From positions 230-64,229 of the forward strand of contig CALWGY010000007.1 of NCBI GenBank assembly GCA_944380265.1: a stretch of 64,000 bases of DNA, read 5' to 3'. The position numbers and the translations under genes are program-made. Position 1 is the stretch's first letter; every line of letters begins with the position of its first letter. Of this stretch, positions 1 to 8,948 are shown piece by piece. This DNA is from an uncultured Clostridia bacterium (lineage in GTDB: Bacteria; Bacillota; Clostridia; Christensenellales; UBA1242). A model generated the notes under the pieces. The model did not search any database. It had not been told where the DNA came from and saw nothing but the letters and a program-made list of their open reading frames with translations.

Positions 1-84
1 GCTCCCGGCTTGTCGTTCGCTTCGCTCTCTTGCTAAAAACTTGCCACAGGCAAGTTTTCTTAACGCGTCGCCCCTTCGGCACCA
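1..84 (+). repeat. Short palindromic tRNA-associated repeat element (5' part outside the window) ending in a tRNA-Leu-like 3' tail
   Basis: 1-74 matches the reverse complement of 63763-63836 with 5 mismatches by eye. It contains the hairpin AAAACTTGCC-ACA-GGCAAGTTTT and ends CCTTCGGCACCA (acceptor 3' strand + discriminator + CCA). Confidence 0.85.
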
Positions 85-87
85 AGC

Positions 88-120
88 AAAAATAGTAACC
101 TTTGTGGGTTACTATTTTTT
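88..120. terminator. Bidirectional intrinsic terminator
   Basis: AAAAATAGTAACC-loop-GGTTACTATTTTTT, between the tRNA tail and the convergent ABC-F gene. Confidence 0.85.
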
Positions 121-130
121 TATAATTTTT

Positions 131-1783
131 TTATTTTTCTTGTTTTAGTTTTTTCAACTTTTGTTCTTTGTAATAATCATAATTGCCAACATATTCAGTT
201 GTTTCGCCACCACAAAATTCAATAACTTTGTCGGCAAACTTGTTAATAAAAAACCTATCGTGGCTAACAAAAATAAGTGTTCCATCAAAACTTTCAATTG
301 CATCTTCCAAAACTTCTTTTGTGGGAATGTCTATGTGGTTTGTTGGTTCATCAAAAATTAAAGTGTTAATTTTTTGTTGCAAAAGTTCGGCAAGTTTAAC
401 CCTGATTTTTTCGCCACCACTCAAATTTTCTACTTTTTTGTTAACATCTTCTTTATAAAACTGAAATTTTGCTAAAATTCGGCGTGCTTGTTGTTCGTTA
501 AGTGCAAGTTCTTCCTTAAAATATTCAAGCAAACCTTGTTTTCCATTTTTAAATTCTATAATTTGTGGTAAATACCCCACTTTAACGCTTGGTCCAACAA
601 ACACTTCACCCAAAACTTGCAAGTCTTGTTTTCCCATAACAGTTTTTATAAATGTGGATTTTCCACTTCCGTTTGCACCAATTAATGCAACTTTTTCTTT
701 TGCACAAATGTTCACATTAACATTTTTTAAAATTGTTTTTCCGTTAGGAACAACAACTGTTAAATTTTTTGTGCTAACAATGGTTTTACTCGATTTTTTG
801 TCTTCCTTAAAACCAACATCAATCTTTTTTGTTTCCTTTGGTCTTTGCACTGCATTTTTTTTGATACGGTCAAGTTGTGTTTGCAACGAATGTGCTCTGT
901 CACAAAGTGTGGAACTGTTTGTTGCCATTCCACGTTCAGAAAAATATTTAATGCGTTCTTCCAACCTTTTAATTATTAGTTGTTGGTTTTTATAGTCTGC
1001 CATTTGTTTTTCAAATTCACGCTCAACTTCCTGCAAATATCCAGAATAGTTGGTTGCATAAACTTTTGCAAAGCCATTATTAATTGCCAAAATTTTGTTT
1101 GACATTTTATCCAAAAAATATCGGTCATGCGAAACAATTACAGTTGCACCCTTAAACGATTTTATGTAACCTTCCAGCCACTCAATTCTGTCAATGTCTA
1201 AGTGGTTTGTTGGTTCATCTAACAAAAACAAATCTGGTTTGTTTAAAAGGGCTTTTGCCAGTTGCACAAGAGTTTTTTCGCCACCGCTTAAATTGTTGTA
1301 ACTTTGGTGCAAAATGCTTTTATCAATTTTCAATCCTTCCACAACCGTGTTAATGTTAACTTCCACATCATAACCACCCATAAGCGAAAACTGTTCAAGC
1401 AAGTTGCAATATTTCTCCATTAATTCATCATACTTGTTTTGTGGCATGGAAAGCAAAAGTTGTTGTTGCATTTTGTTAAGCCTGTTTTCCATTTCGTTTA
1501 TGGTTTTAAATGTTGACCTTAAAATTTGATACACTTCCCTTTCATCATTAACACTTGAACCAGTTTGATCCAAATATGAAACTCGTGCATCTTTTTTTAT
1601 GTTAACAATCCCTTTGTCTGCCTTTTCAAGCCCAGCAATAATTTTTAGAAGTGTTGACTTTCCACAACCATTTGGCCCAACAATGGAAATTGATTCACCT
1701 TCATTAAGCGAAAAAGAAACATCTTCAAAAAGCTGCCCATAACCAAAATTTTTTGATATTTTGTTAACATCTAGAATAATCAA
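131..1783 (-). CDS. ABC-F family ATPase (ribosome-associated, ribosomal-protection-like)
   Basis: Two ABC domains (GPNGCGKS/LSGGEK/LLDEPTNHLD and GANGSGKS/LSGGEK/IFDEPTNHID) joined by a helical linker; no TM segments; TTG start after GAGGAAAGG. Confidence 0.9.
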   Translation of the reverse strand: MIILDVNKISKNFGYGQLFEDVSFSLNEGESISIVGPNGCGKSTLLKIIAGLEKADKGIVNIKKDARVSYLDQTGSSVNDEREVYQILRSTFKTINEMENRLNKMQQQLLLSMPQNKYDELMEKYCNLLEQFSLMGGYDVEVNINTVVEGLKIDKSILHQSYNNLSGGEKTLVQLAKALLNKPDLFLLDEPTNHLDIDRIEWLEGYIKSFKGATVIVSHDRYFLDKMSNKILAINNGFAKVYATNYSGYLQEVEREFEKQMADYKNQQLIIKRLEERIKYFSERGMATNSSTLCDRAHSLQTQLDRIKKNAVQRPKETKKIDVGFKEDKKSSKTIVSTKNLTVVVPNGKTILKNVNVNICAKEKVALIGANGSGKSTFIKTVMGKQDLQVLGEVFVGPSVKVGYLPQIIEFKNGKQGLLEYFKEELALNEQQARRILAKFQFYKEDVNKKVENLSGGEKIRVKLAELLQQKINTLIFDEPTNHIDIPTKEVLEDAIESFDGTLIFVSHDRFFINKFADKVIEFCGGETTEYVGNYDYYKEQKLKKLKQEK

Positions 1784-1924
1784 TTTCCTTTCCTCTTAAA
1801 TTTGTTGTTTTAATAATTTAATAAAAATATAACAAAAATGTCAAATTTTATGTTTGCTTTTAATTAATTTGAAACTTTTTAATTGTGCAAATTATATAAT
1901 TTTTGTTAATTTTCATATATTTTA

Positions 1925-1953
1925 TTGACAATGTGTAAATTTTACACTATCAT
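1925..1953 (+). promoter_or_regulatory. Sigma-A promoter with a palindromic spacer
   Basis: TTGACA-17 nt-TATCAT; the spacer holds GTGTAAA-T-TTTACAC. Confidence 0.7.
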
Positions 1954-1980
1954 ACAAGTGTAATTAAAAAAGGGGGAAAA

Positions 1981-3084
1981 TTGATGAACAAAAAAGAAAT
2001 TCACACCATTGTTTTAACTGGTGGACCATGTGCCGGAAAAAGCACTGCACTATCTAAAATTGAAAAACTTTTAACAAACCTTGGCTTTAATGTTTTGCTT
2101 GTTAACGAAACAGCTACCGAACTAATTTTAAATGGACTAACAATTAAGCGTTTTGGGCTTGTTTATTTTCAAAAAGTTTTAACTGAATATTTGTTACAAA
2201 AAGAAAACACCTATTTTGAAAGTGCAAAATTGATAAATGGAAAAACTGTTATTATTTGTGACCGTGGCGCAATGGACGCAAAAGCATATGTTGGAGAAAA
2301 AATTTTTAAATCTATAATTAAAAATTTGCATTTAACCGAAACAGAACTTATGAACCGCTATGACGCTGTAATTCACCTAACAACCGCAGCAGATGGTGCC
2401 GAAGAATTTTATTCAAACGAAAGCAACTCTGCCCGTTATGAGTCAATTGAGGAAGCCAAACTTGTTGACAAGGAAATTTTGAAAGCATGGACTGGTCACA
2501 ACAAACTTAGAATTATTTCCAACAACGGCACTTTTGAAGACAAAATTAATGCGGTTTTGGAAACTGTTTGTTCAATTATTGGCGTTCCAAAACCAATGGA
2601 AATTGAAAGAAAATTTTTGATTGTTAAACCTGATTTTAATTACATTATTTCAAATTATGATGCAAAACACTACAAAATTGTGCAAGACTATTTAATTAGC
2701 GAAAATAATATTGAACGCAGAGTTAGAAAAATTTTTAAACCTGATGGTTGCAACTATTATTACACTGAAAAACGAAACATTTCCGACATAAAACGTTTTG
2801 AAGTTGAAAGGAAAATTTCCGAAAAAGAATATTTAACATATCTTGAATTTAAAGACCCAAACTTTAAAACGATTGAAAAAGAAAGATTTTATTTTGTTTA
2901 TAAAAACCAATATTTCGAACTTGACAATTACAGTTTTATGCCAGACACTGCAATTTTAGAACTTGAAATGGCAAACGAAAATCAAACCGCCATAATACCT
3001 GAATTTATTGATGTTTTAAAAGAAGTAACGTTCAATCCAAAATACAAAAACTATAACCTAGCAAAAATAAATAAAAAACATTAA
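1981..3084 (+). CDS. P-loop NTPase (AAA_28/NadR-Ttd14-like) fused to a C-terminal CYTH domain
   Basis: IVLTGGPCAGKS Walker A, ICDRGAMD, HLTTAADGAE; CYTH signature EIERKFLI and ILELE. Confidence 0.85.
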   Translation: MMNKKEIHTIVLTGGPCAGKSTALSKIEKLLTNLGFNVLLVNETATELILNGLTIKRFGLVYFQKVLTEYLLQKENTYFESAKLINGKTVIICDRGAMDAKAYVGEKIFKSIIKNLHLTETELMNRYDAVIHLTTAADGAEEFYSNESNSARYESIEEAKLVDKEILKAWTGHNKLRIISNNGTFEDKINAVLETVCSIIGVPKPMEIERKFLIVKPDFNYIISNYDAKHYKIVQDYLISENNIERRVRKIFKPDGCNYYYTEKRNISDIKRFEVERKISEKEYLTYLEFKDPNFKTIEKERFYFVYKNQYFELDNYSFMPDTAILELEMANENQTAIIPEFIDVLKEVTFNPKYKNYNLAKINKKH

Positions 3085-3240
3085 CACTATAACTAAAATT
3101 TCACGTAAAAACTTAAAATTATGTTAGCAAAACAAAAAAAGTTGCACAAATATGCAACTTTTTTGTTTAATTATTTTTGTATTTATTATTTTTAGTGATA
3201 TAATTAAATAGTTTTATTTTAACATTTAAGGAGAATCACA

Positions 3241-4002
3241 ATGAATCCAGAAGTTTTTGGCTGGCAACACTTAACCTATATTGCAATTTTTGTTGTTCTT
3301 GCAGTTGTAAGTTTGGTGTTAATTAAAAAATTTGTTAAAGATGAAAAGGTTTTAACAATTATAATCAAATCTGTTGCAGGAGCACTATTTCTAGCAATTT
3401 TGTGGAATAGAATTTCAATTGCAATAAAAAACAGCAACGCATTATACTTAATACCCGACACCTTTTGTGGTTTAAGTAGCACACTTTTATCACTTAGCGT
3501 TTTAATTGGTAAAAGAAATTGCGGATTTTTACACTTTATTTCCTACCTTGGCGGTGTTGGCGGTTTAATAACCATAATTTACCCTGACTTTTTGGGTCAA
3601 AATCCATCATTTTTCTATCCACCAACAATTTCAGGTTTGCTACATCACACAATAATGTTTTATTTAGTTATTTTAATGCTATTAACAAAATGGTTTGTTC
3701 CAACTCTTAAAAAATGGGCATGGTTACCTTTGGGACTTTGCTGTGTTATGACATATGGTTTGTTTTTAATGTCGGCACTAGGTTTTAGTGGTGCAATGAA
3801 CATAACTGGTCCACTTTTGGAAGGAACAATTTTTAGTTGGTGGTTCACAGGAATTTTGTTAATTGCCCTTTCAACATTAATTATGTGTGCTTTTGATTAC
3901 TTTAACATTTGGCGTAAAAATAAAAAATTAAAACCTTCAAACGAAAACAATATCGAACAAAACAACAATGAAAACCCAAAAACAGAAACCGAAGCAAAAT
4001 AA
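3241..4002 (+). CDS. Integral membrane protein, YwaF/TMEM164-like
   Basis: Multiple TM helices; FGWQH, PDTFC, IYPD and LLHH motifs; RBS AAGGAG. Confidence 0.65.
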   Translation: MNPEVFGWQHLTYIAIFVVLAVVSLVLIKKFVKDEKVLTIIIKSVAGALFLAILWNRISIAIKNSNALYLIPDTFCGLSSTLLSLSVLIGKRNCGFLHFISYLGGVGGLITIIYPDFLGQNPSFFYPPTISGLLHHTIMFYLVILMLLTKWFVPTLKKWAWLPLGLCCVMTYGLFLMSALGFSGAMNITGPLLEGTIFSWWFTGILLIALSTLIMCAFDYFNIWRKNKKLKPSNENNIEQNNNENPKTETEAK

Positions 4003-4126
4003 ATATTTACAATGATTAATAAAAACCAACTTAAAAATTTAATGCAAAATTAAGTTAAAATAAAAAGAGAAAGTTTTAAAACTCTCTTTTTTTAAATATT
4101 AATTAAAAACATTATAAAAAACAATT

Positions 4127-5353
4127 TTAAATTAATCTTGTTCCTTTAATTCCATCTGCAAATCCGCAAGGAGCAGAGCAAACATAATTTGGAAATGTGC
4201 AACGTGAACCTTTTAAATATTTTTCTAACACTTGTGCCATTTCACTTTTTTGGTCTTTTAATGCTTTATAATATTTATTTAAAGTTTCATTTGTTTGATT
4301 ATCAATTTCAAGTTGTGCATTTGTGCATTTTCTTTCATAAAGTTTTAGCAAGAAATGATTAAGTGTTCCAAATTCATTAATTGTTACCATTGTGCCAATT
4401 GGAACATTTTCTTCATTTTTCTTAATGTCGGTTAACCACTGTTTAACAAGTTTTTCATCTGACCTTATAATTGGTGGTATGTAATATTCCCTAACATCAG
4501 GCAAGTCGTCAATGGAATAATCAATGGTGCGGTGGCGTTCTGCTTGTGCAAACTCAGCAAATGAACCTTTGTAACTTGTGGAATAAACACTTGGGCCAAA
4601 ATGTGTTTCCGCTTTTGGTCCATTATTAATAAGATTCAAACCACTAACACCAAAACTTGCCATTTTTTTGCCGTGGTCTGAAAGTGTTTTATCAAAGTAA
4701 GGAAGAAGTTCAAGTTTTTCGCAAAACATTTTCATTTCTGGAATTAATTTTTCAAAAAACTTTGAGTGCTTTGGTTTTTCAATTTCGTGCTTAATATATC
4801 CATGAATGTAATTTAATTGCCTATATGAAACTGTGTGAACCATAATAACATTTTGTTCATAAACTGAGTTTAAATATCTAGCATTTTCTTGTGCAAGTTT
4901 TAAACATTTGTTATCAGTAAAAAAGTTTGGGAATTTTTCTGCATAAGTTTCTTTAATTTTTGTTTTAAAAATTTCAACCCACTTATCATAAATTTTTTGT
5001 TTTTCTTCACTTAATGCAAGTTGTGTGTATCTGCCAGATTTTTCGCTTGTGTTATACCAACCCAAATTGTTAAGTGTCATGGCAAGTGCTTTACTTACAT
5101 TTTCTAATTCTAGTGTTACAAAAACATGGTCGTAAACGCTGTGGTGTCCGTTGTTTTTTGTTTGATTAACTCTAGCAATGGTTTTTTCACGATTTTCATT
5201 GTTCAAATTTTCATATGTGCTTTTCATATAGCAAACGCCTGCATATTTGCCGCACATATCTTCAAACATTTCTTTTTTTGTTAGTTCACAATTTTTAAGC
5301 ATTTCACTGTTTTGTTGTGCACTGCGTGTTTCAGCAATCAAATTAATTTCCAT
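4127..5353 (-). CDS. FAD-dependent thymidylate synthase-like protein (ThyX/Thy1), double length
   Basis: GHHSVYDH, SEKSGRY and ENARY in the N-half; AQAERHRT and RKCTNAQLEI in the C-half. Confidence 0.7.
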   Translation of the reverse strand: MEINLIAETRSAQQNSEMLKNCELTKKEMFEDMCGKYAGVCYMKSTYENLNNENREKTIARVNQTKNNGHHSVYDHVFVTLELENVSKALAMTLNNLGWYNTSEKSGRYTQLALSEEKQKIYDKWVEIFKTKIKETYAEKFPNFFTDNKCLKLAQENARYLNSVYEQNVIMVHTVSYRQLNYIHGYIKHEIEKPKHSKFFEKLIPEMKMFCEKLELLPYFDKTLSDHGKKMASFGVSGLNLINNGPKAETHFGPSVYSTSYKGSFAEFAQAERHRTIDYSIDDLPDVREYYIPPIIRSDEKLVKQWLTDIKKNEENVPIGTMVTINEFGTLNHFLLKLYERKCTNAQLEIDNQTNETLNKYYKALKDQKSEMAQVLEKYLKGSRCTFPNYVCSAPCGFADGIKGTRLI

Positions 5354-5566
5354 AACCTTTTCCCCTTTTTAATAACATTTTTCTAATACTAGCATTTAAA
5401 GTTTTTTAAGTCAAACATCAAAAACAAAAAAAAATGAAGTTACAAAACTTTGTAACTTCCTATAAATTTTTTTTAATTTAATTAAATTTTGTTGTTAAAA
5501 AAAATGATACACTGCAAAATAAGTTAAAAAATTTTTAAGCAAAATTATTTATTTTAAAAAGGTTTT

Positions 5567-6415
5567 TTAATGCCCCAAAATTGTTTTTTGTTCATCTAAA
5601 CTATAATCGTTTAAAGCCATATTAATTGCACTTGCAACAACATAAGATGTTTTTTTTATGCTTGCTTCAACATCTTTAACAGTTAAAACCAAGTTGTTAA
5701 AATTTTGTTTTAATAATGTGTTAAAAATGGCTAAATTTTCATTTTTTTCAACACTTTGCATAGGACTTTGCATAGCACTGTTTATTGCACTTTCAACAAA
5801 ACTTTTTGCATAAACAACAAATGGCACTCCAATGGAAACAATGTTTGTTTTAATGGTTTTTTCGTTTATGCCTTTTCTTTTGTTTCCAACGCCTGCACCG
5901 GGATTAAAGCCACTGTTTGAAATTTGAAAATTTGTTACAAGTGTGTCGTATGAATTTGCGCACAAAGTGTCTAAAATAATTATTGCATCTGGTTTAATTA
6001 TGCTTTGAACACTTTTAATTATGTCGGCACTTTCAATGCCAGTAAGACCAAACACACTTGTTGAAATTGCACTAACCTCACATTTTGCATCAATCAAATT
6101 TCTGGTTGCAATTATGTGCTTTAAACACTCAGTTCCAAAACTGTCGGCACTAATGTGCCTGTTACCAAGCCCAACAACCAGCACTTTTTTGTAGCCCTTC
6201 AAAAAAACTTTTAATGTTTTGCAAAGTTCTTCAATTAAAAATTCTTCTTCCGTTAACGATTGAAACATTAAGTTTTTTGCATTAAACAAAACATAAGTAT
6301 AACCTGAATCTAAAAACTTTTGTTTTGTTATGCCATATTTTAAGTTCATTTTTTTTCCATGCTTAATTTGTTCGCTATCAAATTCCGTAACTAACTCTGT
6401 CATTTTTAACTCCAC
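5567..6415 (-). CDS. gpr: GPR spore germination endopeptidase
   Basis: VLVVGLGNRHISADSFG, GLTGIESA, IILD, PGAGVGNKRK, SIGVP, LTVKDVE; near rpsT as in Bacillota. Confidence 0.9.
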   Translation of the reverse strand: MELKMTELVTEFDSEQIKHGKKMNLKYGITKQKFLDSGYTYVLFNAKNLMFQSLTEEEFLIEELCKTLKVFLKGYKKVLVVGLGNRHISADSFGTECLKHIIATRNLIDAKCEVSAISTSVFGLTGIESADIIKSVQSIIKPDAIIILDTLCANSYDTLVTNFQISNSGFNPGAGVGNKRKGINEKTIKTNIVSIGVPFVVYAKSFVESAINSAMQSPMQSVEKNENLAIFNTLLKQNFNNLVLTVKDVEASIKKTSYVVASAINMALNDYSLDEQKTILGH

Positions 6416-6666
6416 AATGCATATTTAATTTTATTATGGCAAATTTTAGCAGTATTATTTTAAATTAACATATTAACATTTGTGCATAACAAAAATTATT
6501 TAATTAAAATAAATTTACAATTTTAAAACAATTTGTAGAAAAAACAAGAAAATTGATTTGTTATGGAAAATAAAATTTAAAATGATAAAATTTTACGCAT
6601 ACAATATTGAAAATATTCTGCTTGTCAATTTATAATTGAGTTATAAAACAAGGGAGGATATTACAT

Positions 6667-6903
6667 ATGAACAGTTGCACAATTACACAAAATTTTGGAA
6701 ACATTATTTTACAATACATACTTATTTTAACTAAATGTGAAAAGTTACATACCAAACTTGAAGGATTATATGCAAAAGCGAATAACACAAAGTTACGCAT
6801 TAACAACAAAATATTTAAAATTAATGATGCCCTAAACAAATTGTTTGTTGAATTATTAAATTATCAATGGCTTATTGAACTTTTAGGCATTGCCACTTTT
6901 TAA
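6667..6903 (+). CDS. Small hypothetical helical protein
   Basis: GGGAGG RBS upstream of the ATG; terminator-like hairpin near 6945-6980. Confidence 0.55.
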   Translation: MNSCTITQNFGNIILQYILILTKCEKLHTKLEGLYAKANNTKLRINNKIFKINDALNKLFVELLNYQWLIELLGIATF

Positions 6904-7122
6904 CAATACATAATTAATTTTAACTAAAATTATTTTTTAACTAAAAAAGAGCCTTATTTTTAGCATAAGGTTCTTTTTTGTTTTTGGTGCTTATGTGGTT
7001 TTTTAATTTAATGTATTAGTTAACAACTTTTTTAATTTTAAAATTAACAAAAAACCAAAACTGTATCTTGTTGTTCTTGCTTAAACAAAAAATTGTTATG
7101 TTTACGTTATTTAAGCAAAAAT

Positions 7123-7148
7123 AAAAAAAGTGCAATTTTGCACTTTTT
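7123..7148. terminator. Intrinsic terminator after rpsT
   Basis: AAAAAAAGTGCAA-TT-TTGCACTTTTT. Confidence 0.75.
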
Positions 7149-7151
7149 AAA

Positions 7152-7793
7152 TTACTTTGTTGCTTTTTTAGCGGTTGATTTTTTAACAGTTTTCTTTTCT
7201 TCTGCTGCTTCTTCTTTAACAGCCTTTTTAGCAGTTGTTTTTGGTTCTGCTTTTTTGGTTGTTGCTTTTTTAGTAGCAGGTTTTTTAACTTCTTCTGTTG
7301 TTGTTTCAGCCTTTTTTGTGGTTGCTTTTTTAGCAGTTGTTTTTTTGGTTGTTGTTTTTGGTTCTGCAACTTTTTCTTCTTTTACTTCCTTTTTAGCAGC
7401 TGTTTTTGGTTCTGCTTTTTTGGTTGTTGTTTTCTTTGTTGCAGATTTTTTAACTTCAACTGGTTCTTCCACTTTTTTAGGTTCTTCAACAACTTCAATG
7501 CCCTTTGGAGCTTCTGCTGCTTTAACTTCACCTTTTGCTTTTGCAAGAGCATAAGTTAAACGAGAAATTTTTCTAGAAGCATTGTTTTTGTGTAAAACAC
7601 CTTTTGATGCAGCACTGTTAAGTAAACTAATAGTTTCTTTAAGTTTAGCCTCTGCTTCAACAAATTCACCATTTGCAACTAGTGCACGGAATTTTTTTGT
7701 GTATGTTGCAATTGTTGTTTTAACCAATCTGTTTTCAGCTTTTTGGCGATTAATAACTTTAATACGTTTTTTTGCTGATTTAATGTTTGCCAC
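7152..7793 (-). CDS. rpsT: 30S ribosomal protein S20 with a long Lys/Ala/Thr/Glu-rich C-terminal extension
   Basis: MANIKSAKKR...AASKGVLHKNNASRKISRL core; GTG start after AAGGAG; ~125 extra residues of KKATTKK/KAEPKTT repeats. Confidence 0.95.
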   Translation of the reverse strand: MANIKSAKKRIKVINRQKAENRLVKTTIATYTKKFRALVANGEFVEAEAKLKETISLLNSAASKGVLHKNNASRKISRLTYALAKAKGEVKAAEAPKGIEVVEEPKKVEEPVEVKKSATKKTTTKKAEPKTAAKKEVKEEKVAEPKTTTKKTTAKKATTKKAETTTEEVKKPATKKATTKKAEPKTTAKKAVKEEAAEEKKTVKKSTAKKATK

Positions 7794-7922
7794 TTGTTTT
7801 CTCCTTAAAAATGTTCTTATTTTTTGAAATCTGCATTATTTTATCATATTAATTATATTAAAGCAAGAAAAATTTTAAAATGTTATATTAATTTTTTGCT
7901 TTAATTCTTAATTTTTTTGAAT

Positions 7923-8888
7923 TTAGAAATTTAAAATTTTCAAAACTAAATACCAAATTGCAAGTTCAACTGAAATTGCACTTGTTTTAAGTTCAAGTTC
8001 TAACGAATCAATTAAATTAACAATTTGTTTTAGTTGCAATTTTGAAAACATTTTGCTTTGTTTGTAAGCAACCGTTATTGCATAATCTTTAACACCAAGC
8101 ATTTGCCCAAGTTCACTTTTAGAAAGGTTTGATGTTGCACAAAAAAACAATCTTCTAAAATGATTATAAATTAACGGAACCAAGTTTTTAAAAACATCTT
8201 TTTTGCTTTTTAATGCTTCCAAAATTTCAAACACCTTAACTCTGTTCTTTTTTGCTAAATTTTCGGTTAGTTCATAAATTTGAAATTCCAAAGTTTTGTT
8301 AACTAACAACTTAACATCTTTTTCTTCAATAAGTTTTTTATCGCTAACAAAACTAACAAGTTTTTCTAATTCCTTAACAGTTTTTGTTAAATCATAAACA
8401 CAATATTCGTTTAATGTTGTTAATGCAGTTTTGGTTATTTGTGTTGAAGTTTTTTTAAGTTCGTTTAAAACAAACTTATTAATTATGTCTTCCGTTAGCC
8501 TGTTGCAATCAACAATTTCAAACAAATTTGTGTTGTTTTTTAATATGTCGCTTTCCCCTGCCACAACAACCAAAACACTTTGTGGGTTTGGACTTTTTAA
8601 ATATGACAAAAGCGCGTTTTGATTTGTTATGCTTGTTTTAATTTGCAAATATACCACAACAAGTTTTTTCCCATCAAAAACCGGCATTGTGTTTAAAGAT
8701 GCAACAACATCTTCAAAATTAACATTTTCACCAATAAACTTAACAAAATTAAGTTCTGGAAGATTAATTTTTAGTGCGTTAAAAATTAACTCCACACTTT
8801 TGTTTAACAAAAATTCATCGGAGCCTGTTAACAAATAATTATTAAATATGTTACTTTTTAAAGAATTTTTTAGTTCAATATATTTCAT
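7923..8888 (-). CDS. holA: DNA polymerase III subunit delta
   Basis: YLLTGSDEFL, TMPVFDGKKLVVV, ELEKL; conserved comEC-holA-rpsT order. Confidence 0.9.
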   Translation of the reverse strand: MKYIELKNSLKSNIFNNYLLTGSDEFLLNKSVELIFNALKINLPELNFVKFIGENVNFEDVVASLNTMPVFDGKKLVVVYLQIKTSITNQNALLSYLKSPNPQSVLVVVAGESDILKNNTNLFEIVDCNRLTEDIINKFVLNELKKTSTQITKTALTTLNEYCVYDLTKTVKELEKLVSFVSDKKLIEEKDVKLLVNKTLEFQIYELTENLAKKNRVKVFEILEALKSKKDVFKNLVPLIYNHFRRLFFCATSNLSKSELGQMLGVKDYAITVAYKQSKMFSKLQLKQIVNLIDSLELELKTSAISVELAIWYLVLKILNF

Positions 8889-8948
8889 ATTTTTTCTTTT
8901 TAATTTACAACCAATTTAAGTATATACATTTTTTTTATTTTAGTAAAG

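Noticed and set aside
7016-7554. Q/K-rich and hydrophobic ORFs overlapping the rpsT tail
   Set aside because: Alternative-frame and antisense shadows of the low-complexity S20 tail
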